DNA from: a virus
Reading direction: 5' to 3' (one strand)
IMG/VR virus record: IMGVR_UViG_3300032753_000003
Coordinates: 32,001 to 96,000 of that record
DNA length: 64,000 bases
The position numbers and the translations under genes were made by a program. The notes under the pieces are model-generated. The model was not told the origin of the DNA. It worked only from the letters and a program-made list of their open reading frames with translations, and did not search any database. Of the stretch, positions 36,374-45,800 are shown piece by piece. The stretch's first letter is position 1, and each line of letters starts with the position of its first letter.

Positions 36374-37030
36374 ATGAGTGTAAAGATTGCGGTATTGTTC
36401 AGAGGTCCTGTTAGGCCAAATCCCAGCAGAGTAGTAGATAGAGTTAAAGAGTTCATGAGTCATTTTGCAGGTGCTCAAAATGTAGAGATACATACTTATT
36501 TGGCTACTTGGAGAACCTGGAAGCAATACAATGCAGCAGAATTATTGGCATTAGATATGTTTGACAACGTAATCATGCAGACTGCACCAACTGCAGAGCA
36601 TTGGGGCCGTTGCACGTCGTTAACGAAGTTGCCGAATGGTGCCGATATTGAACCGGTGTTTAAGATGTATTATCAGTCTAAGACAGCGTTAGATTTAATT
36701 ACTAAGGCAGACACATATAGCTATATCGTACATACTCGAACAGACTTACAAATGATATTAGGTGAGCATATTAATCAATGGTTTGATCCCACATTCTATG
36801 TAGCACCACATGTGCATCCTAATCCGTTTATGAATGACCAATTTGGTATAGCTCCTGCACATATCATGCATAAAGCTTGGGATTATTGGGATATGAGTAA
36901 TTTCAAACGACTAATAGAATCTGCCGATAAGCCAGAAGCTATTTTACAGAATATGATAGATGAAGCAGGTATAAAGGTTAGAACCGCACCATATATAGCA
37001 TGGAATTTGGATCCGATGCGCAATCACTGA
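36374..37030 (+). CDS. Glycosyltransferase-like (WavE/DUF7796-like) protein, paralog A
   Basis: KIAVLFRGP start, YSYIVHTRTDL, NDQFGI. Confidence 0.55.
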   Translation: MSVKIAVLFRGPVRPNPSRVVDRVKEFMSHFAGAQNVEIHTYLATWRTWKQYNAAELLALDMFDNVIMQTAPTAEHWGRCTSLTKLPNGADIEPVFKMYYQSKTALDLITKADTYSYIVHTRTDLQMILGEHINQWFDPTFYVAPHVHPNPFMNDQFGIAPAHIMHKAWDYWDMSNFKRLIESADKPEAILQNMIDEAGIKVRTAPYIAWNLDPMRNH

Positions 37031-37099
37031 CCATATAGCTATTGTTTACCATATTTGTTCTCTGTTTAAATATTAAAAAACAAACAGAGAATAATAAAA

Positions 37100-37744
37100 A
37101 TGAAAATAGCACTGTTGTTTAGAGGCCCAATACGACCAAATCCAAACAAGGTTAAAGAGCTAACTCTTGAAAGTATGGAAGATGTTAGATCTTCAGGTCA
37201 CGAGGTACATACATATCTAGCCACTTGGATGACTCACGAAGAACACCATGCCAGTGACCTAGTCAACAACAAGATATATGATAACATTATTGTTCAATAG
37301 CCGACAACGGAAGAATTCATGCGCAAGTATGTGAAGCGCGAAACATATGGTGTTTATCCTGTGAGCAATATCTTTAGAATGTATTATCAAAGCTTAACTG
37401 CTATTAAAGTGATAACAGGTGCAGCCGATTATGACTATATCATACACAGTCGTACAGATATGAACATGCTATTTGGTGATAAATTAGAACAATGGTTTGA
37501 CAAAGAACACTACGTATCCCCGCACAATAATCCTCCCTGGATATGTGATTGGATTGGTGTAGCTACACCTGAGAATATGTTGAAATCTTGGGATTATGGT
37601 ACTTTAGAAAATCTAGGTAAGTTGATAGACGAAACAAATGTACCGGAACATATTGTTACCAATATTATAGACACTGCCGGTGTGAAACGTCGCATAGGGC
37701 ATGCCCATAAGTGCTATATAGAACCTCATCAACTGTACCAATAA
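37100..37744 (+). pseudogene. Paralog B of the preceding gene, interrupted by in-frame TAG (37298-37300)
   Basis: KIALLFRGP...DNIIVQ*PTTEEF...YDYIIHSRTDM is colinear with paralog A (DNVIMQTAPTAEH) across the stop. Confidence 0.8.
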
Positions 37745-37807
37745 GGTTGACAGCTTATATCATCCCAAAGGTATAATAAGTTATCATATACTTTGCGGTG
37801 ATACAAA

Positions 37808-37996
37808 ATGCCTCAATTGTTATTTAAAAATCAGTTTTACGGTGATAATGCATTAAATCCCACTTGTTATTTTAAAGATGCTAGATGGATAGCAGGATAT
37901 CATAGCTATTGGAAGTTTGATATCAAAGAAACATATCCTTATGAAATATACATGCATCTAGATACTGATGATAAAAAATTACCAATGAAATCATGA
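37808..37996 (+). CDS. Hypothetical protein
   Basis: Coupled to the next gene by ATGA overlap. Confidence 0.5.
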   Translation: MPQLLFKNQFYGDNALNPTCYFKDARWIAGYHSYWKFDIKETYPYEIYMHLDTDDKKLPMKS

Positions 37997-38280
37997 TTGA
38001 TTTACGTAAGTTTGTGGAAAGGCGAGCTCTAGGTGACGTAATCGTTAGTGAACTAGATATGTCACATGTGTGGTGTTGGAATGCTGACATGACTAATAAT
38101 ACTTGGGATAAAAAATGGTCTCAGATACAGCATAGATATTTGGTTCTAAATTTTGAATGTGCAGAAGACACAATAACATGGAAACTGATGTATCCAGATT
38201 ATGTTACAGAACAGACTTCGCAGTGGCATCCAAGATATGTAGATCATGCTGAAAATTGTCAAAAGACCAATTGGGGTTGA
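37993..38280 (+). CDS. FxLxW-family-like small protein
   Basis: LNFECAEDTITWKLMYP. Confidence 0.6.
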   Translation: MIDLRKFVERRALGDVIVSELDMSHVWCWNADMTNNTWDKKWSQIQHRYLVLNFECAEDTITWKLMYPDYVTEQTSQWHPRYVDHAENCQKTNWG

Positions 38281-38336
38281 CACTATTGAAACTTGGTGTT
38301 ATTGTTGTCTAGAATACAATGAGGAAATAATTTATA

Positions 38337-38831
38337 ATGCAAGAAATGAAAAAAGATTATCCAGTATTGTACGTATTTGTTAGAAGTGATATGCCAAGTT
38401 TAGGGTCATCTTCAGGAAAAATGGCTGCACATAGCGGTCACGCTGCTAACGCATTTGTGCATGAAAATGTAGTCAAGAAGCTGCTCAAGGGCAAGAAGCT
38501 TGATCCTGCTGTACAGGAATGGATGGACAGCACTGAGCACGGATTTGGCACACAAATCAATCTCAAAGGTGCGTGGTCAGAAGTTTGTGATGCTCACGAC
38601 CATGCGTTAAAGAATGGTTTCCCTGCCGATCTAGTTACTGACCCAACTTATCCTTATGTTGTAGACGGTGAAATTGTTGGTCTAATTGAAAATATCCGAC
38701 ATACGCTAAATCCTGTTGATATTGGAAATGATAAGTTCATGTGTTTTCGTGCAGAACATACCGCTGCATATATCTTTGGTATGAAGAGTCAGCTTGTTGA
38801 CATTGTTGGAAAGTTTCAGTTGCACCCATGA
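38337..38831 (+). CDS. Divergent Pth2-like peptidyl-tRNA hydrolase
   Basis: LYVFVRSDM...GKMAAHSGHAAN, VTDPTY. Confidence 0.7.
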   Translation: MQEMKKDYPVLYVFVRSDMPSLGSSSGKMAAHSGHAANAFVHENVVKKLLKGKKLDPAVQEWMDSTEHGFGTQINLKGAWSEVCDAHDHALKNGFPADLVTDPTYPYVVDGEIVGLIENIRHTLNPVDIGNDKFMCFRAEHTAAYIFGMKSQLVDIVGKFQLHP

Positions 38832-38901
38832 CTTGTTAATATCAGAAACACATATTAGACATAAGACTAAATACACTACAACTATTAATCATGGTGGTTT
38901 T

Positions 38902-39755
38902 ATGTCTATTAAATTTATTTGTGATAAATGTGGAAATATAGGAGAAAAAAATTTAAATCTTCAATTAAATTAAAAAATTATTGTTCGGCTGCATGCGGTA
39001 ATGCCGCTAAATCGCGGCCGGGACCATTGAACAGTAGATTTGGATATAAATGGTCAGATGAAGAAAAACTGCAACAGTCTAATCTAATTAAATCTAAAGT
39101 AGACGATGTTTATCGATTTAATGCAGGTACAGCAAATCGAGGTAAAAAGTTCTCAAAAGAAAGAATATCTGCTATGCATGATCATCGCAGTGTAGACAGT
39201 TATAGGCATTATCCAACTGATGAAACTAGAAAACTAATAGGTAAAAAATCTGCCGAAAAGTTTAAGAAACCAGGATTTAAAGAAAAAATTAGAAAATCTA
39301 TGGAAAAATCCAAACGTTGGGTACCTTTAGAAGATTTGGATGCATTTGTAATATACAAACGCGAGTGTTATTGGGCGGGACCTATGTGGAATTTAATTTC
39401 GGATCCTGCTCAGTTAAAGTTGTTAAATGAGAAAAAGGTATTTCATCCAACTAAAAACAGCAAGGGATGCGTGAGAGATCATTTATTTACAAAGGTTGAC
39501 GGATTTACGTTAGGTGTGTATCCGGAAATATTAAGACATCCCGCGAACTGCAAAATAATAACACACGGCGAAAATGCCAGGAAAGGATCGAAGTCTGATA
39601 TATCGCTTGACATGTTATTTGAAGAAATTTACAATTATGATGGAAATTGGTTCGAGCATAATTCAGTTATCGAGTTAATAAAAAAGTACAAAGAAGGATT
39701 TAGGTGGTCTAAATCTGAGTATATCTTTTATAAGAAAGGAGGTCGTCATGAGTGA
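38902..39755 (+). pseudogene. HNH-like endonuclease with N-terminal zinc finger; frameshift in A7 run (38945-38951)
   Basis: ATG 38902 gives MSIKFICDKCG; adding one A joins it to FKSS...YCSAAC; C-terminal RDH...HPANC...HGEN. Confidence 0.65.
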
Positions 39756-40306
39756 AAACATTTGGTTCATTAGTGACACACACTTTTTCTCACGCTAATT
39801 TTCTCAACTTTGTTGATGAGAAGGGTGACAAGATCCGCAAGTTCAATTCTGTTCAGGAAATGGACGACTGCATGATCACTCGATGGAACGAAAGAATCAA
39901 ACCCAGCGACCGAGTATATCATCTTGGTGATGTTGGGTTTGATAGCACCGCTAACCATAAAATCCTAAGCAAGTTAAATGGAAGCAAGCGACTGATTCTT
40001 GGTAATCACGACATTATTAAAGGTGATTTAATTAATCATTTCAAGAAGATCAGCATGTGGCGCATCTTCAAAGAGTATGATTTTGTTTGCAGTCATGTAC
40101 CGTTGCGAGAAGATAGTATGTTTAAGATCACGTTTAATTTGCACGGACATATTCATCAGCAACCTAGCCCTAGTATTCGACATATGAATATGTGCGTTGA
40201 GCACACCAACTATGCGCCCGTACATCTTGATGAGGTACTGGCAGAACTTGCTCGTAGGCGTGCTAGTGAAGAATTTGCCAAGTTGAGTACAGCACATGAT
40301 CGCTAA
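39748..40306 (+). pseudogene. Calcineurin-like metallophosphoesterase; frameshift in T5 run (39784-39788)
   Basis: AGGAGG + ATG 39748 gives MSENIWFISDTHF; deleting one T joins it to SHANF...HLGD...GNHD...SHVP...HGHIH. Confidence 0.85.
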
Positions 40307-40616
40307 AACTTCTGATGATGCTAAACTGGAAGCGTTGGATATTTTACAGGAAGAATGTGCCGAACTTATCCAAATTGCCAGCAAGATGATTAGATTTGGT
40401 GAGATGGATACACACGAAGGCAAGCTTCCTACCGTTAGATATAGGATGATGCAAGAGATTGCTGATGTTCTTGCTATGATAAGCATAGTAAATGCGCAGA
40501 TGGGCTACACCAAAACAGAACTAGATGTAGCTATGGAAAGCAAATACAAAAAGCTTAGGAAATATAGCAACCTACTAGAACCAGATGAAGTTAGCCAAGA
40601 CCCATATATTTCTTGA
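40296..40616 (+). CDS. MazG-like nucleotide pyrophosphohydrolase
   Basis: LQEECAELIQ...QEIADV. Confidence 0.7.
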   Translation: MIAKTSDDAKLEALDILQEECAELIQIASKMIRFGEMDTHEGKLPTVRYRMMQEIADVLAMISIVNAQMGYTKTELDVAMESKYKKLRKYSNLLEPDEVSQDPYIS

Positions 40617-41316
40617 ACCATTCAGTACGTTCTGGTAAGCCTAGCATACCGGGATTTATGAACTTGGTTACATTCTTGACATCAGTAAAGTCTTTGACAT
40701 TTGGTCTAACATGATTTAGCCAATACCAAACTGATACTTCTGCTGCAACTCTTAGATTTTTCTCTGCTAGATCTGGATGTAACTCTAGAGGTAAGTTGAG
40801 TTCATCTCCTGCCGTACTATAATTATCGCGACCGGTTATCTGTATAAATCCGCGACCTCTGTATCTAATACCGTCGCCTTTTCTAGTATTGCCAAGCTCT
40901 TCTGCCTTGTCAGGATTGTACTTGATATCATACTTCTTTGCGAAATATTCGGGTGTACCCTTTTCTCGCAAAGTACTAAATCCACTTGTCTCATGCGCGC
41001 ATTGTGCCATAAACGCTGCCAATTCTGTACCTTTTATACCGTTGCGAATGGCAATATTCCTTAAGATTCTTTCATAGGTTCTATTGCGTATACTTGGAAT
41101 TTGTACATGCGCAACAGGTTTTTTATCTGCAGCCTGTTGAGTAATAGCCGTTGGTTCTGTTGGCACCTTTCCAGTATTTGGATTCAATGCTACAGTTGCA
41201 CCAAATGCACCAGATAATCCACCTATTACCGCAGCCTTTTTCATCCAACTGGGCATAGCTTCATCTAATGCAGATTCTAATAATTGATCAGTTTGGTAAA
41301 ATTCTTTTAATCGCAT
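40591..41316 (-). CDS. Glycoside hydrolase family 19 lysozyme/chitinase-like protein
   Basis: AFMAQCAHETSGF, YRGRGFIQITGRDNY, SVWYW, FINPG..GL.ER; MRLKEF tag and hydrophobic segment at N-terminus. Confidence 0.92.
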   Translation of the reverse strand: MRLKEFYQTDQLLESALDEAMPSWMKKAAVIGGLSGAFGATVALNPNTGKVPTEPTAITQQAADKKPVAHVQIPSIRNRTYERILRNIAIRNGIKGTELAAFMAQCAHETSGFSTLREKGTPEYFAKKYDIKYNPDKAEELGNTRKGDGIRYRGRGFIQITGRDNYSTAGDELNLPLELHPDLAEKNLRVAAEVSVWYWLNHVRPNVKDFTDVKNVTKFINPGMLGLPERTEWFKKYMGLG

Positions 41317-41385
41317 GCACAGTTATTTATTTTAAAATAACCTATTGCATTATTGTGTCATCTGTTGTATAAATATGTTGTGGAT

Positions 41386-41394
41386 GGATAGACC
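41386..41394 (+). promoter_or_regulatory. GGATAGACC hairpin motif upstream of nadM
   Basis: GATGG-ATAGA-CCGTC, 31 nt before ATG 41426. Confidence 0.5.
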
Positions 41395-41425
41395 GTCCGC
41401 TCAAAAATACGTAGTAGGATTTACT

Positions 41426-42496
41426 ATGACACACACTTATGATATTGCCGTATTCATCGGCAGGTTTCAACCGCTACATTTAGGACACTGTCACGTTATT
41501 GAAAGTGCGCTTGATCGAGCAGATCATGTATGCATCTTGGTTGGATCGTCGTATATGCCTCGCAGCTATCGCAATCCTTGGCTCTTTGAAGAGCGCAAGG
41601 AAATGATCCTAGAAAGTTTTGCTAGCCAGCGCGATCGCATCACGGTTCTAGCCCTAGAAGATACTATCTACAACGATTCTCAGTGGGTACAGAATGTACA
41701 ACATCTGGTATCTAATGTAGTGGTTGACCAGTTTGGTCCCAATATCGTGCATACTGGCAGATATCCTAGGATCGCATTAATCGGACATAGCAAGGACAAT
41801 TCCAGCTACTATCTCAAGCTATTCCCACAGTGGGAGTCAGTCAACGTCCCAGGTTACGTCAATGAGGAATTTGTACTGGCTGCTACCAACATTCGAGATT
41901 GGTACTTCAGCAAGGACAGCGACTACTTCCTTAGAATTGAAGCTCGGCATCTGACACCAGCTGTTAGCAAGTTCTTGGCTAAGTTCAACAAGACCGAAGT
42001 ATTCAAGAACATTGTTGAAGAATACGAGTTTGTGCAGAGCTACAAGAATGCGTGGGCTGCTGCTCCATATGCACCAACGTTTGTGACTACAGATGCTGTT
42101 GTTGTGCAGAGCGGACACATCTTGCTAGTCAAGCGCAAGGCTCGTCCCGGTAAGGGGCTGTGGGCGCTGCCGGGTGGCTTCCTCAATGCTAATGAGCGCA
42201 TTGAAGATGGTGTACTCAGGGAACTGCGGGAGGAAACTAAGATCAAGGTACCTTTGCCAGTACTTCGAGGCAGCATTGTTGCAAACAGGGTGTTTGATGA
42301 TCCCTATCGCAGTAGCCGCGGCAGGACCATTACACATGCGCATCTGATCAACCTAGCACCCGACACAGTTCTACCTCAAGTCAAGGGGTCAGATGATGCT
42401 GAAAAGGCTCGTTGGGTTCCTCTTGCAGAAGTTAAGCGCGAAATGATGTTCGAAGATCACAAAGATATAATTGATTGCCTTACAGCGTTGATCTGA
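41426..42496 (+). CDS. nadM: Bifunctional NMN adenylyltransferase / Nudix ADP-ribose pyrophosphatase
   Basis: FIGRFQPLHLGH, NPW.FEER; Nudix box ALPGGF...EDGVLRELREET; GSDDA. Confidence 0.95.
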   Translation: MTHTYDIAVFIGRFQPLHLGHCHVIESALDRADHVCILVGSSYMPRSYRNPWLFEERKEMILESFASQRDRITVLALEDTIYNDSQWVQNVQHLVSNVVVDQFGPNIVHTGRYPRIALIGHSKDNSSYYLKLFPQWESVNVPGYVNEEFVLAATNIRDWYFSKDSDYFLRIEARHLTPAVSKFLAKFNKTEVFKNIVEEYEFVQSYKNAWAAAPYAPTFVTTDAVVVQSGHILLVKRKARPGKGLWALPGGFLNANERIEDGVLRELREETKIKVPLPVLRGSIVANRVFDDPYRSSRGRTITHAHLINLAPDTVLPQVKGSDDAEKARWVPLAEVKREMMFEDHKDIIDCLTALI

Positions 42497-43055
42497 GAGA
42501 AATAATATGTTTATATGTATAACCGGCCTTCATAGCGGCAGAATAAGTTGGATATTCGATACCATCGATGGTAATCGACTTAGCCCTGAAATGTTTTGCA
42601 CCACTAATAGAAGCAGCTTGCTTAGCCCGTGCAATCGGATCTTTAGACGATTTTTTACCATTCAAAGAAACCGCCTTTCTGGTACGATCAGATACAGGAT
42701 GCCCAAGTTGAGATTGTCTCATTCTCTCTCTTGTTTCAAGGGTATGTTTTTTACCTGCAAACCCTCTGGTAATACTACCTTTACCTCCATCAGTGAGGTT
42801 GTACCAATTGGGATCAGAAACAGCATTATAAAATTCAATATAATGCTTTTCAGCTCTATTAAGATCAGCAAGGTCAATGGCTTCATAGATTATAGTTCTG
42901 GAAAAGTTTTCAGAACCATATGCTTTGATGGCCTTTTTCAAAAGTTTACCCGAACCAAGATAATATTTCCATCGACCGTTATAAACACGCTGCCCGATAT
43001 ATTTTTTACCGTTAATATGATTTTTGGTAATATAGATAAATCCATAGTAATTCAT
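42480..43055 (-). CDS. GIY-YIG homing endonuclease with NUMOD3-like motif
   Basis: GFIYITKN.INGKKYIGQ, YLGSG, YNLTDGG, GKKHTLETRERM. Confidence 0.9.
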   Translation of the reverse strand: MNYYGFIYITKNHINGKKYIGQRVYNGRWKYYLGSGKLLKKAIKAYGSENFSRTIIYEAIDLADLNRAEKHYIEFYNAVSDPNWYNLTDGGKGSITRGFAGKKHTLETRERMRQSQLGHPVSDRTRKAVSLNGKKSSKDPIARAKQAASISGAKHFRAKSITIDGIEYPTYSAAMKAGYTYKHIISLRSTL

Positions 43056-43095
43056 AATGTATTTAGTAATGAAAATACATTATGACATAATAAAT

Positions 43096-43116
43096 CCTGA
43101 AATTAATAATTTCAGG
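43096..43116. repeat. Perfect 21-bp palindrome
   Basis: CCTGAAATTA-A-TAATTTCAGG between divergent GIY-YIG and nadV starts. Confidence 0.8.
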
Positions 43117-43126
43117 TCAGTATATG

Positions 43127-43135
43127 GGATAGACC
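43127..43135 (+). promoter_or_regulatory. GGATAGACC hairpin motif upstream of nadV
   Basis: GGG-ATAGA-CCC, 33 nt before ATG 43169. Confidence 0.5.
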
Positions 43136-43168
43136 CTACACTGCAATATGATGTAAAGGAGATTTACA

Positions 43169-44551
43169 ATGTTTAAGAACTTACTTTTGAATACAGATAG
43201 TTACAAGCCAAGCCACACATTCCAGTACCCACCGGGCACTGAATATGTTTACAGCTACATTGAATCACGCGGCGGCCGCTTTGACCGCACAGTGTTCTTT
43301 GGGCTGCAGATGTGGTTGAAGGAATATCTCAGCAACCCGATCACTCGCGCGGATATCGAAGAGGCGGCTGAATTTTGGGCAGCACACGGAGAACCATTCT
43401 ATCGCGAAGGCTGGGAGTATATCCTAGAAAAGCACAACGGACATTTGCCAGTTGTGATCAATGCAGTTCCCGAAGGTACTGTGGTACCAGTCAAGAACGT
43501 GCTGGCTACGATTGTCAACACAGATCCCAAGTGCTGGTGGCTGCCCGGCTTCCTTGAAACTGCAATGCTGCGAGCTGTTTGGTACCCAACTACGGTTGCT
43601 ACCAACAGTTGGTACTGCAAGCAGATCATCAAGGCTGCACTGGAAAAGAGCAGTGATGATCAAGCTCAGGTAGTGTTCAAGCTGCATGACTTTGGCGCCC
43701 GTGGTGTTAGCAGTCAGGAATCGGCGGCTATTGGCGGTGTTGCACATTTGGTTAACTTCATGGGTTCAGACACGGTTGCAGGGGTACTAGCAGCACGCAA
43801 GTACTATCATGAGCCAATGGCTGCGTTTAGTATTCCTGCTGCTGAACACAGTACCATTACCAGTTGGGGTCGTGAACATGAAGTAGATGCATATCGCAAC
43901 ATGCTCAAGCAGTTTGCCCGGCCGGGCTCACTGGTGGCAGTGGTCAGCGATAGCTATGACATCATGAATGCTACTAGCAATATCTGGGGCGGTGTACTCC
44001 GTGATGAGGTCGTTGCATCCGGTGCCACAGTGGTTGTGCGTCCTGACTCCGGCAATTCTCTCACAGTGCCAGTAGACGTAGTTGCTGCTCTTGCTGACAA
44101 GTTTGGTTATACTGTCAACAGCAAGGGTTACAAGGTGCTGCCCGGGTGTGTTAGGGTAATCCAGGGAGACGGTATCACACCAGATACTCTACCTGTTATC
44201 CTAGACAACTTGCTAGCTGCTGGATTTGCAGCAGACAACATTGCATTTGGTATGGGTGGTGGCTTGCTACAGCAGGTCAATCGCGACAGTCAAAGGTTTG
44301 CAATGAAGTGCAGTGCTGTGATGATCAACGGTACTTGGCGAGAAGTGTTCAAGGATCCTGCGGGAGACCACAGCAAGGCCAGCAAGCGCGGGCAGTTGGC
44401 ACTGATCAACGACGGCGAAGGTTGGCAGACAGTGTCTCGAGAGGGCAATGCATGGAGGGATCAGTTGCTACAAGTATGGCGCAACGGCGATCTACAGCAG
44501 GAGTGGACACTGGCTGAAATCCGCGAACGTTCTAACTCAGTATCAATGTAA
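43169..44551 (+). CDS. nadV: Nicotinamide phosphoribosyltransferase (Nampt)
   Basis: LNTDSYKPSH, LHDFGARG, SIPAAEHS, VVSDSYD, VRPDSG, QGDG, FGMGGGLLQ. Confidence 0.97.
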   Translation: MFKNLLLNTDSYKPSHTFQYPPGTEYVYSYIESRGGRFDRTVFFGLQMWLKEYLSNPITRADIEEAAEFWAAHGEPFYREGWEYILEKHNGHLPVVINAVPEGTVVPVKNVLATIVNTDPKCWWLPGFLETAMLRAVWYPTTVATNSWYCKQIIKAALEKSSDDQAQVVFKLHDFGARGVSSQESAAIGGVAHLVNFMGSDTVAGVLAARKYYHEPMAAFSIPAAEHSTITSWGREHEVDAYRNMLKQFARPGSLVAVVSDSYDIMNATSNIWGGVLRDEVVASGATVVVRPDSGNSLTVPVDVVAALADKFGYTVNSKGYKVLPGCVRVIQGDGITPDTLPVILDNLLAAGFAADNIAFGMGGGLLQQVNRDSQRFAMKCSAVMINGTWREVFKDPAGDHSKASKRGQLALINDGEGWQTVSREGNAWRDQLLQVWRNGDLQQEWTLAEIRERSNSVSM

Positions 44552-44564
44552 AATTACCAAAATG

Positions 44565-44594
44565 CAATAGCTGCCCAAGGGCAGCTATTGTTTT
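44565..44594 (+). terminator. Intrinsic terminator after nadV
   Basis: CAATAGCTGCCC-AA-GGGCAGCTATTG-TTTT. Confidence 0.8.
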
Positions 44595-44649
44595 GAATTT
44601 GCACTATATAACATTTTGAAATAGTACATAAAAATTTTGCAAAATTAAC

Positions 44650-44679
44650 GGTTGACAATCTTTGTATAGATGCTATTGT
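44650..44679 (+). promoter_or_regulatory. Sigma70-type early promoter, 16-nt spacer
   Basis: GGTTGACA-atctttgtat-AGATGC-TATTGT. Confidence 0.75.
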
Positions 44680-44708
44680 ACGGAATAAGCAATGCATGGG
44701 GAACCACA

Positions 44709-45107
44709 ATGGCCTACATGAATCAAGAACGCAAGACACATATTGCTCCCAAGGTCAAGGAGATTCTCAAACGCTATGGCATCAAGGGTTCGCTTGCTGT
44801 ACGAGATCACATGACGCTGGTGTTGAATATCAGCGAAGGATCAATTGACTTCATCAGCAACTATGCTGATACTATGGGTGCCAGTCGCCATCTAGGACAC
44901 AAGCCCAATGGTTACCTCAACGTCAACTGCTATCACTATCGCGATCATTTCTCTGATGTTGCTCGCAAGTGCCTCGACGAAGTGTATGCTGCTATGATGG
45001 AAGGCAATTGGGACAAGAGCCAAATTGAGTACGATATTCATGATGTTGGCTGGTATGTTGACATCAACATTGGCCGTTGGAATAAGCCTTACCGTTTGAC
45101 AGCTTGA
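44709..45107 (+). CDS. Hypothetical protein
   Basis: ATG 44709 (MAYMNQERK); DVGWYVDINIGRWNKPY C-terminus. Confidence 0.75.
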   Translation: MAYMNQERKTHIAPKVKEILKRYGIKGSLAVRDHMTLVLNISEGSIDFISNYADTMGASRHLGHKPNGYLNVNCYHYRDHFSDVARKCLDEVYAAMMEGNWDKSQIEYDIHDVGWYVDINIGRWNKPYRLTA

Positions 45108-45119
45108 GGAACAACCGTC

Positions 45120-45794
45120 GTGAGCTATCGCATCAATCGTGCTATGGGATATGGTATGCCATATGAACAATTTAAAGACGTGTGTATCCTTCCCAAAGAT
45201 AACGATGATGTACTTGACGGGGTACTTAACGTCTTATACAATGCCTTCGAAAAGCTCACTGATGCAGATCTCACAGTAGACGACAAGCTATATCGAGCAT
45301 TGTTCTACGGCGACGGAGTAAAGCCCGCCCCAGTTCTTCAAACTAGATTGTTGGCAGAAGATTTCACGAGAGTTTCTAACAAGCCCTGCACAATTGGAAA
45401 GGCAGAAGATCTATTTGTTACTGTAACGACTCCCGACGAAACAACAGACATCATCTTCTTTCCAAATTTGTACTTTCGTAAGAAGTGGTATCGCTGGGAT
45501 GATGAGCTAGATTATGCATTTGAACAGTGGAGATCTGGTTCAGGCGATAGAAGTTCTGCACAGGGTCCGCAAGATTTTACAATCTATACAGAATACGGAC
45601 ATCATCCATTTTCATATGACATTATGGACATTAACGGTAATCCCTTAAAATGGGAGCCCGCTAGGCTAAATCAACACAGCAATTGGATACCCGCTGTTCC
45701 CAGCGAGATTAGATGGTATTTGACTCAACATGGGATTATGTTCAATGAAGGTGTAAACCAGTTGCGACCCGTAGTTGCGCAGTGGTGGAGTTGA
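45120..45794 (+). CDS. Hypothetical protein
   Basis: GAGGA RBS + GTG. Confidence 0.7.
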   Translation: MSYRINRAMGYGMPYEQFKDVCILPKDNDDVLDGVLNVLYNAFEKLTDADLTVDDKLYRALFYGDGVKPAPVLQTRLLAEDFTRVSNKPCTIGKAEDLFVTVTTPDETTDIIFFPNLYFRKKWYRWDDELDYAFEQWRSGSGDRSSAQGPQDFTIYTEYGHHPFSYDIMDINGNPLKWEPARLNQHSNWIPAVPSEIRWYLTQHGIMFNEGVNQLRPVVAQWWS

Positions 45795-45800
45795 TCGGTT

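Noticed and set aside
43096-43116. Calling the palindrome an NrtR box
   Set aside because: It lacks the GT-N7-AC core I recall for NrtR sites, and no NrtR gene is in the window
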